Positions 54,261 to 63,738 of a DNA stretch of 64,000 bases are shown one piece after another. Origin of the DNA: Dethiobacteria bacterium (GTDB lineage: Bacteria > Bacillota > Dethiobacteria > DTU022 > UBA8154); assembly GCA_050948825.1 (NCBI GenBank), contig JBMNEO010000001.1, positions 11,673 to 75,672 of the forward strand, read 5' to 3'. The position numbers and the translations under genes were made by a program. A model generated the notes under the pieces. That model had not been told where the DNA came from and searched no databases. It worked only from the letters and a program-made list of their open reading frames with translations. How positions within the stretch are numbered: the stretch's first letter is position 1; each line of letters starts with the position of its first letter.

Positions 54261-56706
54261 CGTGATCTGTAATAATTCTGTGGCTGATACTTAAACCCAT
54301 CCCTACCCCATCAGGCTTGGTTGTATAAAATGGATCAAAAATTCGATTACTCTGTTCAGGTGCAATTCCGGTCCCCGTATCTTTAATCATAATCTTTAAT
54401 TTACCCGTTGCAGCGCTATCCGGAGAACCCCCGGCAGAGGAAGAAAGGCTTTTCCCTGCGGGCACTCTCTCCGGCAGTGGGCATACATCGACCCACAGTT
54501 CTCCCCCGCCAGGCATTGCCTGAACCGCATTTACGCAAATATTAAAGAGCGCCTGTTTCATCTGCTCCCGATCTGCCTTTACAACCAGGGCATCACCGTG
54601 ACAGTTTTTGTGCAGCAGGATTTTCTGTGAGTCTATGCGGGGAAATAAAAGCAAAAGGACCTCCTCCATTAATTCCCAAATATCAACTTTTTCTAAATAG
54701 GGCCGATTGTCCCTGGAAAAGTTTAACAACTCCATGATAAGTTTGTTAATGCGACTTATTTCCCCGGTAACAATCTGGGAAAAAGTGTGACGGAACTCGT
54801 AGTCATCGTATTTTTCAGGCAGAAGCTCTGCAAACGTTTTAATGGAAACCAACGGGTTTTTTATTTCATGCGCTATCCCCGCAGCCAGTTTCCCCAGGGA
54901 GGCCAGCTTCTCGGTCCGGTTTTTCTCGCGTTCCAGCTCTTTAATCCGCGTTAAATCGCTCAAGACCATTATAACCCCTTGTTCCCCTTTTTCCAGCGAC
55001 CCCACCCTGGCCGTACTGCAGCATAAATAGGACGAAGACAGATCGGAGGGCAGCTCTATTTCAACCTCGCTTTTGTTCCGGCCGCTTTTTAATGTGTGTA
55101 GAATTGTATCGGCCAACACCGGATCCAGGACTTCCTCAATGCCCCTGCCCAGCACATCTTTGTCCGGATGAATGCCCGTAAGCTTCTTCGCCGAACTGTT
55201 AAAGGTAGTTATTCGCCCCTGTGCATCCACGGCAATTAGTCCGTTGCCCATGTTTTTTAGAATATTTTCCAGGTATTGTTTAATATCCAGGATCTCGTTA
55301 TACAACTGGGCATTTTTTAAGGCAACGGCTACATGCAAAGCCAGTGCGGAAAACAAATGCACATCTTCCCTGGAATAGGGATCCCCGGATTGCTTGTAAC
55401 CAAGAAACAAAATCCCCTCCAACCTTCCTTCCATTAATACCGGGACTGCAGCTTCAGCACCCAGCTTTTTCATTTCTGCAGAGAGCAGTTCCCGTTTTTC
55501 GGCATCCCTCATCCCATTTAAATCGGTAAGCAGCATGATTGAAGCCTTTTCCCGCAGGTAATTCACTAAAGGATTACTGCTCCGTAGAAAGCGGTCAGCC
55601 TGCACAGGCGGAGAGTAGAGCAAATATTCCTCGGCTGCAAGGGTAAATGAACCATCCCCTTCTTTGAGAAAAAAAACGGCGCTTTCAATAGAGATCGTGT
55701 TTACCATTTTATCAACCAGGAAATAAAGGAGTTTGTCCATGTTTAATATAGAAATCATCGACTTGTTTTCTTCAAGCATAATATCGTGATAATCATCTCG
55801 ACCGCGAAAAAAAACAAGATTAACCAGGAACTGAATCTGGTCTTTTACAGGCTGGTAAAAGAGCGCGGTCAGGATTATCGGCAGGATGATAAAATAGAGA
55901 ATATTTGCTTCAACAAAACCCCGTGAATTTTTTTCCGCAACCAGCAATAATGATATAAAAACACCCGCAAAAAGCACTATCGTAAATATATTGGCGACAA
56001 CTTTGCGCAGCGCCAGGCGGATATCCATTAACCTGAACTTCACAATAGCATAAGAAATAGAAGCAATCATAATCAAAGTAAAAACGGGCCCAAACGGGCG
56101 CAGGTCGATTGCTTTTACACCCAGCAGGGGGAGAAAAATGTTGGAAAGCGAACCCATCACAAAGGAAACCAGGATACCGCCGATAAAAAACCGGTACTGA
56201 TAGCGAACCAGGCCTCTGGAAAAAAGGATCTTGCGGTAAAGGACGATAAAAGTATAAACACCTATTCCGCTGAATAAAATGGCATAGAGTGGAAAAAGCG
56301 GACCATAAAGCGGTTCTTTGTTTTCCAAGGGGACCGTCACACCCTTGATTATTGCGGGTGTGAAACTCGCCGTAGAGAGGATTAAGCTTAAGAAGAGCAG
56401 TAATATAACGCTTTTGTAAGGGTATTTGATATCATCCTCAAAACAAAAAACCAGGGCAAATATAAACCATGGAGTCGTTGCGGCCACAGCGTGCGAAATC
56501 CTGATTGCAAGCAAAAGGTCCTCATAATCGTTAAAAAAAAGAACCGTCATAACAGTAATGGTCCAAATGCAGGCGTTCAGGGTAAAGCCCAGGAACAAAC
56601 GGTTAAGGCGCGATATGGGGTTCTTCCGGAAAACAAAAATGCCTAAAAAAAGGTTGGCCGCTGCCGCAAAACCAAGAAGCCATTTTGCAAAAATAATTAA
56701 GTCCAT
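54187..56706 (-). CDS. Polytopic membrane sensor histidine kinase (~10 TM N-terminal domain, GAF, PAS, HisKA, HATPase)
   Basis: H-box is ..IAHEIKNPLVSIKTFAELL.. The ATPase region is ..GGGELWVDV..GMGLSISHRIITDHGGSV... The start is set at MDLIIFAKW, 11 nt after the ketoacyl synthase stop. The ORF track start at 56820 overlaps that gene by 100 nt. Confidence 0.75.
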   Translation of the reverse strand: MDLIIFAKWLLGFAAAANLFLGIFVFRKNPISRLNRLFLGFTLNACIWTITVMTVLFFNDYEDLLLAIRISHAVAATTPWFIFALVFCFEDDIKYPYKSVILLLFLSLILSTASFTPAIIKGVTVPLENKEPLYGPLFPLYAILFSGIGVYTFIVLYRKILFSRGLVRYQYRFFIGGILVSFVMGSLSNIFLPLLGVKAIDLRPFGPVFTLIMIASISYAIVKFRLMDIRLALRKVVANIFTIVLFAGVFISLLLVAEKNSRGFVEANILYFIILPIILTALFYQPVKDQIQFLVNLVFFRGRDDYHDIMLEENKSMISILNMDKLLYFLVDKMVNTISIESAVFFLKEGDGSFTLAAEEYLLYSPPVQADRFLRSSNPLVNYLREKASIMLLTDLNGMRDAEKRELLSAEMKKLGAEAAVPVLMEGRLEGILFLGYKQSGDPYSREDVHLFSALALHVAVALKNAQLYNEILDIKQYLENILKNMGNGLIAVDAQGRITTFNSSAKKLTGIHPDKDVLGRGIEEVLDPVLADTILHTLKSGRNKSEVEIELPSDLSSSYLCCSTARVGSLEKGEQGVIMVLSDLTRIKELEREKNRTEKLASLGKLAAGIAHEIKNPLVSIKTFAELLPEKYDDYEFRHTFSQIVTGEISRINKLIMELLNFSRDNRPYLEKVDIWELMEEVLLLLFPRIDSQKILLHKNCHGDALVVKADREQMKQALFNICVNAVQAMPGGGELWVDVCPLPERVPAGKSLSSSAGGSPDSAATGKLKIMIKDTGTGIAPEQSNRIFDPFYTTKPDGVGMGLSISHRIITDHGGSVQFFSNNTGTVFEIYLPAAGY

Positions 56707-56719
56707 TGCGCACTCACCT

Positions 56720-57949
56720 TTATGGCCCGGTAACAACCAGCGATGCGTTGCAGCCCCCAATACCGTGCAAATTAACCAGGGCAGTATCGACTCTGGCCAC
56801 ACGGCCTCTGTTGGGGACATAATCCAGATCGCAATGCGGATCGGGATACTGGTAGTTCACCGTTGGGGGAATAAATTTATTACCTATTATCTGAGCTGTT
56901 GCTATTACCTGTAACGGCCCCGAGGCAGCAAGCGGATTGCCGATCATTGATTTGATTGAACTTACCGGCATGTTATAAGCATAATCTCCAAAAACCTCTT
57001 TAATTGCTTGCGTCTCTATTTTATCAATGAACCTGTCTCCAGGAGCATGGGCAGAGATATAATCTATATCCGCCAGTGCCAGCTTTGCCTTTTTTAACGA
57101 TTCTTGCAATGATGATACTATTGATGATTTTAGACTTTTTGGCGAGGTTGCATTGGTAATCGACCACCCTGTTATCCTACCCAGGATCTTCGCCCCTCTG
57201 GCCAAAGCCTTTTCGGCATCCTCAAGCAGGAGCATCCCGCTTCCCTCGGCCAAAACGCCGCCCGCGCGCCTGGCATCAAAAGGCCTGCTGGCGATAGCAG
57301 GTTCATCGTTATAAGAACCTGGCAGGAGCCCTGTAGAGCAAAAACAGGCAAGGACGAACGGGGTTATCGGGGCATCGCCTCCACCGGCCAGAGCCACCTC
57401 TGTATTCCCCTGAAGAATGGATTCAACGGCATAGATAATGCTGAAGATCCCGGAAGGGCAGCCTGTAGATACCGTAACCACCTGACCCGAGCACTTAAAC
57501 TCGGTTGCAAGCGCGCTGGCTGCCGCATGGGGGAATGAAGAAGGGATAACAGTTGGCTTCGTGGAACCGTTAATTTTAAAAAGGTCATACTCGCTTTCCA
57601 CCACCCCCATGTCCGACGTGCTGATACCTACCCAGATGCCGGACCGCAAACGGGCAAATTCCTCCTTGCTCATATTTGCATCCTGCAGCGCCATGCGTGC
57701 AGCGGTAATAATCAGATGAGTACTCCATGCCCTCCCGTTGCCAGGAAGAGGCTCGATATTTTCAATCCATTCCAGGGGAATTTCTCCGGCTATTTGCGAT
57801 GAATATTCTGAAGGATCAAAACGCCTGATGCGCCGAATGCCGGATTTGCCCTCACACAGAGCATTCCAAAAATTATCTTTTCCCACCCCGTTGGGCGCTA
57901 CAGATCCCAAGCCGGTAATCACCACATCAGACATTGCTTTCCCCTCCAA
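56720..57949 (-). CDS. Beta-ketoacyl synthase-family protein (FabF/FabB-like fold) with a non-canonical active site (Cys in TGCPSG; His in HAPGD; third residue Asn in KSMIGNPLAASG)
   Basis: ..VVITGLGSVAPNG..FWNALCEGKSGI..RRFD.. is the KS N-terminus. The C-terminal block is ..ISAHAPGD.. ..KSMIGNPLAASG... Confidence 0.7.
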   Translation of the reverse strand: MEGKAMSDVVITGLGSVAPNGVGKDNFWNALCEGKSGIRRIRRFDPSEYSSQIAGEIPLEWIENIEPLPGNGRAWSTHLIITAARMALQDANMSKEEFARLRSGIWVGISTSDMGVVESEYDLFKINGSTKPTVIPSSFPHAAASALATEFKCSGQVVTVSTGCPSGIFSIIYAVESILQGNTEVALAGGGDAPITPFVLACFCSTGLLPGSYNDEPAIASRPFDARRAGGVLAEGSGMLLLEDAEKALARGAKILGRITGWSITNATSPKSLKSSIVSSLQESLKKAKLALADIDYISAHAPGDRFIDKIETQAIKEVFGDYAYNMPVSSIKSMIGNPLAASGPLQVIATAQIIGNKFIPPTVNYQYPDPHCDLDYVPNRGRVARVDTALVNLHGIGGCNASLVVTGP

Positions 57950-58705
57950 TTACTTGAAAAATAACCCTTCCTCTTTTTCTTCAGGAGCCGGTTTTACAGC
58001 ATCCAGAAACCAATCCTGGTCTCCATATACTTTTTCTATCGATAAAAGTTCAAAGCCGCACTCCTCAACCAGGGATATGAGCTCCTCCCTCTTTAAGAAA
58101 TGGAAAGACTCCTGTTTTTTGATAAACATATTTAAAATTATAAAGATAAAAAGCCACGGAGCCAGGCTTAAGATCTGGCCGCTCAGGAAGAAAGGCCAAT
58201 AATACGGTTTGCCCTCCTTCATTTGTTGGACATGCTCTATGAAAACCGGGAAGATCTTCGGCTGAAAAGGCGGTGTAACCAATACCAGTTTGCCACCTAT
58301 TTCCAATACCCTGTGAATCTCTTTCAGCAACAAATCGGGACGTTTCACAGCATAGAGAACATTGATACAGGCTGCCCCCTGGAAAACTTCATCGCCATAC
58401 GGAATAAAGCTATTAAGGTCTGCTTCCCGCAAGGTAACCCTGTGCTCCCAGTTGACGATCTTTTTGCTCTTCAGGCCTGCCCGCTGCAGCATGGCCGGTG
58501 CAAAATCTATCCCATCTGCCTTCACTTTCGGTTCCAGGCGCAGGAGATGATGAAGAAAATTTCCCGTGCCGCAGCCTGCATCGAGGATATGCCAGCCGCT
58601 TTTTGGATTAAGGCTTTTTGCCGCGGCATCCAGAAGCCGGCGGTAAGGCAATAAATGCAGCATGATATGATCGTATACCAGCGCATATATTTGCCAGAAA
58701 ATCAC
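57950..58705 (-). CDS. Class I SAM-dependent methyltransferase
   Basis: ..HILDAGCGTGNFL.. is motif I. It also has the acidic motif II region and is about 250 aa long. Confidence 0.65.
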   Translation of the reverse strand: MIFWQIYALVYDHIMLHLLPYRRLLDAAAKSLNPKSGWHILDAGCGTGNFLHHLLRLEPKVKADGIDFAPAMLQRAGLKSKKIVNWEHRVTLREADLNSFIPYGDEVFQGAACINVLYAVKRPDLLLKEIHRVLEIGGKLVLVTPPFQPKIFPVFIEHVQQMKEGKPYYWPFFLSGQILSLAPWLFIFIILNMFIKKQESFHFLKREELISLVEECGFELLSIEKVYGDQDWFLDAVKPAPEEKEEGLFFK

Positions 58706-58795
58706 AGAAAAGCCTTTATCAACTTCTGCCTTTTCTATCTTTATTTCTTGTATGTGGGAACCTGAAAGCGAGCTACAGCCAGCTTCACTCCATAT

Positions 58796-61558
58796 TCACT
58801 TAATCAGGCGCTCAATGTCTACCAGGTTGATAAAAATGTCTACCAGCCAGGGGTCAAACTGTATACCCCTGTTCTTCTTCAGTTCCGCGATCGCCTCTTC
58901 GTGGGTAAGGGCCGGCCGGTAGGGACGCGGGCTTGTCATGGCTTCATAGGCATCTATAATGGAGATGATGCGGGAGTAAATATGAATGTTATTTCCTTTT
59001 AAGCCCTTGGGATAGCCGCTCCCGTCCCAGCGTTCGTGATGCTGTAATATATAATCTGCAACGGATGATATCTCCGGGTGAAATTTGGCGATGCGATAGC
59101 CGATTTCGGGGTGGGATTTCATTTCATCCCACTCACTGGAATCAAGCTCCCCATTCTTAAATATTATTTCTTTGTTTATTCCAACCTTGCCGATGTCGTG
59201 CACTCGCGATAACAGCAGGATTTTATCCATCTCTTTGACCGGTATGCCGATAGCCTGCCCCAGCAGCAGCGCCATGCACTGCAGCCGTTTTTCGTACCCT
59301 TCGCTTCTGAAATCCCTGTCCTTGAGCAAACTTAATAGAAAATCTATAATGCTCTTTTTTACTTCATCGCTGCGCTCGAATTTATTTTTATACATATTAC
59401 TGTCGGCTTTTTTAAAGATTCCTTTTATTCCCCCTGATCCTGTTGAGCCCCTTATACCCCCTGAATTATAGTCCGCAGAGGCATAACCTACTGAAAGGCT
59501 GAGCGGTATGGTCTTTTCGTTTTTGTTGTACTCGTCTACTAATCTTTGGATGCGCCCAACAATCTCCTTGGCCACACTTTCACCGGTCCGGGGAAGAATA
59601 ATGGCAAATTCGTCTCCTCCAACCCGCGCCACTACATCGGAAGAACGAAAAGGCTTCTTAATAATCCCGACAGCAGTTTTCAGAAGCTCATCGCCTATGC
59701 TGTGGCCCATGATATCATTGATCAGCTTCAATCCATCAACATCGCAGACAACAATGCTTATTGGATAATGACGCTTGGAATCAAGCCGCTTCATTTCCTC
59801 TTCAAAATAAAGCCGGTTATAAATCCCGGTCAGCGAATCATGCATGCCAAGATACTTCAGCTTCTCCTCGTTCTGTTTCCGTTCGGTAATGTCGCTGGCA
59901 GTAAAAAGAACGCCGTTAAAACCTTCATCGAAATTAAAAATCGGGGTTAGAACTATGTCCAGCCACCGGAACTCTCCAGAGTTATTTTGCAGGGCTACCT
60001 CTACTTTTACCGTTTCACCGCTGGCAAGCACCTGATCTCTGGCTTCCAGCAAGGGCTCCGCTTCTCGGGGATTGAGAATATCGCGGATATTTGAATTAAC
60101 AAGATTTTCAGTTACTGTTCCCCAAAATGCGGCGCCGGCTTTGTTTAAGAAGATTAGCTTTCCCTCATCATCGAGAACCCAAATCAGACTGGGAATTGCA
60201 TCAAGTACCCGGTTATCCCTTTCTTCTTCTGCTGCTGCTACGGCCTTCTTTTCGCCCAGTGCAGCCAGGAGGGAATCAAATAACAGCTCATCCTCCTCTT
60301 CCAGCATGGACCTGGGATCCAGCAGCACTTTCCCGTCTTTAATCCTGGGGATAACCGGATGACGGCCTTTGCTTAAAAAGCTGCTGATTTGCTTGGCGGA
60401 ATACTTCGGCGAACTGAGGCAGACCTGAACGCTTTGAAACTTCTCTTCCCGGAAAGAAAGTTCCGTGAGGGAAACATTTTCGTAAGCCAGACTGATTTCA
60501 TAATTCCCGTTAAGAGAGTTGCTCAATCTATCCGCCAGGGAACGGGCGCGTTTTTCAAGGTTTTCCGGCTGAACGGAGAGCATGCGCAGCAAAGGAATTT
60601 TCTGCATGGCGTTAAATGAATCGCTATAAAGCTCCAGCGTTGCCTCCAAAGCTGCGACATTCATTCTGTCAGCGGCAAACATTTTTTTCAAGGTGTCTTT
60701 TTTTATCAATGAAAGATGCTTCCTTTTTCCAACGATAATCCCTATTGGGGGCCCTCCCAGGAGCTTGTCCCCAGAAAAAATAACCAGATCATAATCCGAA
60801 ACGGCCTTTTGGAGCTGCCAGCTTTCGGGAAATCCAAACAGAGCAGGATCCAGAAGCGTGGCGAAGTTCATGACTCTTACTGTGACAGGATCGTGCTCCT
60901 CGTTTAGTTCGGGCTTTTCGGCAATAGTGTGTCCCCCGGCAATACTTGCCGCGATGACTGCCCCGGAAGCATCAGTTGCATCGGCTGTATCGGTGGGACT
61001 TGTTATACCTGTGCCATTGATTGTATCGGTGGGAATGGTTGTATCTGTATCATTGATTGTACCTGTGTCATCGGCAGCATCGGCTATATGCCCTTCAGCA
61101 GCTGGATTTTTATTTTTCCCGGCACCAAAGGTAATAAAGCAGGCGGATTTTTTAATTCCCCCGTCCGCACCTTCTTTTTCATTAATGATTCTGAGCTGCG
61201 CTCCGCTCTGTTTTGCTAACGCCCTTAAAGATGGAGTAACACAGTTTAAATTGTTATTGCAATAGAATAACTCGTCTCTGGGAATAGATATCTCCTTTCC
61301 CCTTGCCAGGGCGTGAAAAACCAGGAATATGGCGGCTGAAAGATTGCTGGTCACAAGTAAATCTTCAGCCCCGGTGAGATTGGAAAAAAGCAAATTTAAA
61401 CGGCTCCAATGGGGAGCAGTATAGTTCAACCCATCCATCCGTGCATGAGAACCGGCCGCTGTTTTGGAAGCTCTAATAGCCTCTTCAGCGAGGGGTGGTT
61501 CAACTCCATTAATGAACAACATTCCGGATGCATTAATAAAAGGGTGCACAAAAATCAC
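58796..61558 (-). CDS. Multidomain signalling protein: SelA-like (L-seryl-tRNA(Sec) selenium transferase-fold, PLP-type) N-terminal domain with an internal Thr/Asp-rich low-complexity insert, then PAS, GGDEF and HD-GYP domains
   Basis: SelA-like: ..NLSAAIFLVFHALARGKEISIPRDELFYCNNNL..SGAQLRII.. and ..DLVIFSGDKLLGGPPIGIIVGKRKHL..AALEATLELY. GGDEF: ..RVGGDEFAIILP. HD-GYP: ..RVHDIGKVGI.. ..HHERWDGSGYPKG... Confidence 0.7.
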   Translation of the reverse strand: MIFVHPFINASGMLFINGVEPPLAEEAIRASKTAAGSHARMDGLNYTAPHWSRLNLLFSNLTGAEDLLVTSNLSAAIFLVFHALARGKEISIPRDELFYCNNNLNCVTPSLRALAKQSGAQLRIINEKEGADGGIKKSACFITFGAGKNKNPAAEGHIADAADDTGTINDTDTTIPTDTINGTGITSPTDTADATDASGAVIAASIAGGHTIAEKPELNEEHDPVTVRVMNFATLLDPALFGFPESWQLQKAVSDYDLVIFSGDKLLGGPPIGIIVGKRKHLSLIKKDTLKKMFAADRMNVAALEATLELYSDSFNAMQKIPLLRMLSVQPENLEKRARSLADRLSNSLNGNYEISLAYENVSLTELSFREEKFQSVQVCLSSPKYSAKQISSFLSKGRHPVIPRIKDGKVLLDPRSMLEEEDELLFDSLLAALGEKKAVAAAEEERDNRVLDAIPSLIWVLDDEGKLIFLNKAGAAFWGTVTENLVNSNIRDILNPREAEPLLEARDQVLASGETVKVEVALQNNSGEFRWLDIVLTPIFNFDEGFNGVLFTASDITERKQNEEKLKYLGMHDSLTGIYNRLYFEEEMKRLDSKRHYPISIVVCDVDGLKLINDIMGHSIGDELLKTAVGIIKKPFRSSDVVARVGGDEFAIILPRTGESVAKEIVGRIQRLVDEYNKNEKTIPLSLSVGYASADYNSGGIRGSTGSGGIKGIFKKADSNMYKNKFERSDEVKKSIIDFLLSLLKDRDFRSEGYEKRLQCMALLLGQAIGIPVKEMDKILLLSRVHDIGKVGINKEIIFKNGELDSSEWDEMKSHPEIGYRIAKFHPEISSVADYILQHHERWDGSGYPKGLKGNNIHIYSRIISIIDAYEAMTSPRPYRPALTHEEAIAELKKNRGIQFDPWLVDIFINLVDIERLIK

Positions 61559-61780
61559 CTTTTCCTTTAATAATGGTGGATGTCTGATGATGTTGAATAA
61601 TGAATAATTAAATAATATTTCTGGTAAATTACTGGTAAATTATAGGTAATGGAGGAATTATTTTCTTTTATTCATTCTATATAAGCCCAACATTTTCCTG
61701 CAATTATTACTTATTTCATCATTAAAATCTTTTTTTTTAACAGAGATTCTGAAGTTTTTGACGATCCCTATACAACACCG

Positions 61781-61896
61781 TGCGACAAAGGGGACGGTTC
61801 TCGCTGTCAGCAGTTGCGACAGCGGGGACGGTGCGACAGCGGGGACGGTTCTCGCTGTCGCATTTGCGACAAAGGGGACGGTTCTCGCTGTCGCAT
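61781..61896. repeat. Array of about four tandem copies of a 29-31 bp hairpin unit, TGCGACA(G/A)(C/A)GGGGACGGTTCTCGCTGTCGCA, immediately 3' of the PBP gene
   Basis: Seen directly. The stem TGCGACAGCG/CGCTGTCGCA encloses a loop containing GGGACGGTTCT. A related array lies at 63638..63738. Confidence 0.7.
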
Positions 61897-61906
61897 TAAG
61901 CCAGTT

Positions 61907-63613
61907 TTAATAAAGAAGCGGATAGATAGCTTCAGCAATCTGTCCGAAAACTGCAGATGCATTTCCATGAAGTGCTTCTTCGACAAATACTGTAACAACC
62001 GCCCTGCTGTTTTCCAAAGGAATGATACCGGTAAACCACGAGTAGTTCAAAGGCTTTTCGTTCATAAATCTGCCTGTTTCAGCTGTGCCGGTCTTCCCTC
62101 CGAGAACAATCTTCTCGCTAAAGGCTAATTCTCCCGTTCCATACTCCACCGTGCCAAGCATCATAAAACGTATTTTGCTTGCCGTTAACGAATTCAATAC
62201 TTTCTTTTTCGATGTAGTGAACAAGCTTATCTGCAAGCCCTGCCTGGATTGTATGGATTTCACCAGCCGTGGTTCAACAAGATATCCGCCATTGGCTATT
62301 ACTGAAGTAAGACGCGCTATCTGCAACGGTGTAGTTTCAACCCTGCCCTGGCCTATGGCTGCCAGCGCCAGGTCTCCCAGGAAGGGCATCTCCCGCGGCG
62401 TTGGAATAATTCCCATCATCTCCCCGCCCTCTTCCGGGCTTCCAAGGGGTATGCCGGTTTCTTCTCCAAGGCCCAGCGCTGTGGCATAATTATATATTGC
62501 ATCCTTCCCCAGACGAATTGCCAGGTCGATAAAGACAGTGTTACAAGAGTGAGCAAAAGCCTCTGCCAGGGTAATCTCTCCGTGAGAACCATCCTGGCAC
62601 TTGAATAGCTTATCTCCTATTTCAATATATCCGGGACAGAAAAACCTTGTTCCCAGCCGTACTATTCCGGAATCCAGGGCGGCGGCGGCTACAACAATTT
62701 TAAAAACAGAACCAGGGGGATAGCTTAAAATACTGCGGTTTATAAAGGGCTGGGAGCTTAAATAATTGGTGTATTCATTTCCATCGCTTAGATACCGGGA
62801 TAGCTGCGATTGAAAATAATTCGGCCTGCTTGCCATTGCCAGGATATCCCCATTGTGCGGATCCATTACGACCACAGCGCCCCGGGCAATCGTATTATCC
62901 ATAATAGACTCCACTTTTGCCTGCAATCTACCGTCAATAGTGAGTGAAATGTCATAAGGGCGATGAGGGTTCCTGTTCTCCCAGAGGCGGAAACCAAGTC
63001 CTTCAACAAGGTTGTTTTTCCCATCAATGACGGCAGCGAGCATTCTGGGCGAATCACACTTCAACTCGCTGTTAAATACCAGCTCCAGGCCCACTTTCCC
63101 CTCACCATCTCCCTGCCCGATATGCCCCACAACATGCGTGGCAAGTGCCCCGTCGCCGTAGCGCCTTTGCACCTCTGTCACGATCAGGCCGCGGGCAAGG
63201 CTCTTAAAAAGTTCCTCCTCCTGGGAATTGACATCATGCAGAGCTATAAAGGGGTTCCCAGGCAACGCCGCTTGTGGAACAAATTGGGAAATCAGCTCTA
63301 CTTTTTCCGGCCCGGATTTTCCCAGCAGTGTTGGGAATACTACCAGCACCTTTTCCATTTTATCATCGAGAAGTGAAATGCCATTTCGGTCGAGAATAAT
63401 ACCCCGGTTATAGTCCAGCGTCACGGCCTGCGCCCTCTGGCGTACAGCATCCATGGTAAGCTTGTTATGTCTGAAAAGCTGTAAGTAACCGAGGCGCATT
63501 ACATACAACAGCATAATTGCTATGCAAAACAAAGCCAGGTATAGTATTCTCTGCTGCCTGATAAACCTCTGCATAAGAGCAAAGATCTCCTTTTTCCAGC
63601 TATTCTTTACCAT
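61907..63613 (-). CDS. Class B penicillin-binding protein (FtsI/SpoVD/PBP2-type transpeptidase)
   Basis: N-terminal TM plus dimerisation domain. Transpeptidase motifs are SVFK (..PPGSVFKIVVAAAAL..), SCN (..AHSCNTVF..) and KTGT (..GGKTGTAE..). Confidence 0.85.
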   Translation of the reverse strand: MVKNSWKKEIFALMQRFIRQQRILYLALFCIAIMLLYVMRLGYLQLFRHNKLTMDAVRQRAQAVTLDYNRGIILDRNGISLLDDKMEKVLVVFPTLLGKSGPEKVELISQFVPQAALPGNPFIALHDVNSQEEELFKSLARGLIVTEVQRRYGDGALATHVVGHIGQGDGEGKVGLELVFNSELKCDSPRMLAAVIDGKNNLVEGLGFRLWENRNPHRPYDISLTIDGRLQAKVESIMDNTIARGAVVVMDPHNGDILAMASRPNYFQSQLSRYLSDGNEYTNYLSSQPFINRSILSYPPGSVFKIVVAAAALDSGIVRLGTRFFCPGYIEIGDKLFKCQDGSHGEITLAEAFAHSCNTVFIDLAIRLGKDAIYNYATALGLGEETGIPLGSPEEGGEMMGIIPTPREMPFLGDLALAAIGQGRVETTPLQIARLTSVIANGGYLVEPRLVKSIQSRQGLQISLFTTSKKKVLNSLTASKIRFMMLGTVEYGTGELAFSEKIVLGGKTGTAETGRFMNEKPLNYSWFTGIIPLENSRAVVTVFVEEALHGNASAVFGQIAEAIYPLLY

Positions 63614-63637
63614 ACCTGACTTTAATATACTTCAAAT

Positions 63638-63738
63638 ATGCGACACTGGGTGTGCGACACTAGGGACGGTTCTCCCTGTCGCACGACACTGGGTGCGTGC
63701 GGCACTGTGCGACACCGGGGACGGTTCTCCCTGTCGCA
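63638..63738. repeat. Second hairpin-repeat array, TGCGACAC(T/C)(A/G)GGGACGGTTCTCCCTGTCGCA, 25 nt upstream of the PBP start codon
   Basis: The loop core GGGACGGTTCTC matches 61781..61896. The inner stem bases differ in a compensatory way (CAGCG/CGCTG there, AGGGA/TCCCT here), which preserves the hairpin. Confidence 0.7.

Noticed and set aside
61781-61896. Possibility that the tandem 30-bp repeats are a CRISPR array
   Set aside because: The units are contiguous with no unique spacers, each unit is itself a palindrome, and no cas genes are nearby. It is a hairpin-repeat array, not CRISPR.
61807-62128. ORFs 61807..61998 (-) and 61814..62128 (+)
   Set aside because: They are generated by the palindromic repeat array and overlap the 3' end of the PBP gene, so they are artefactual.
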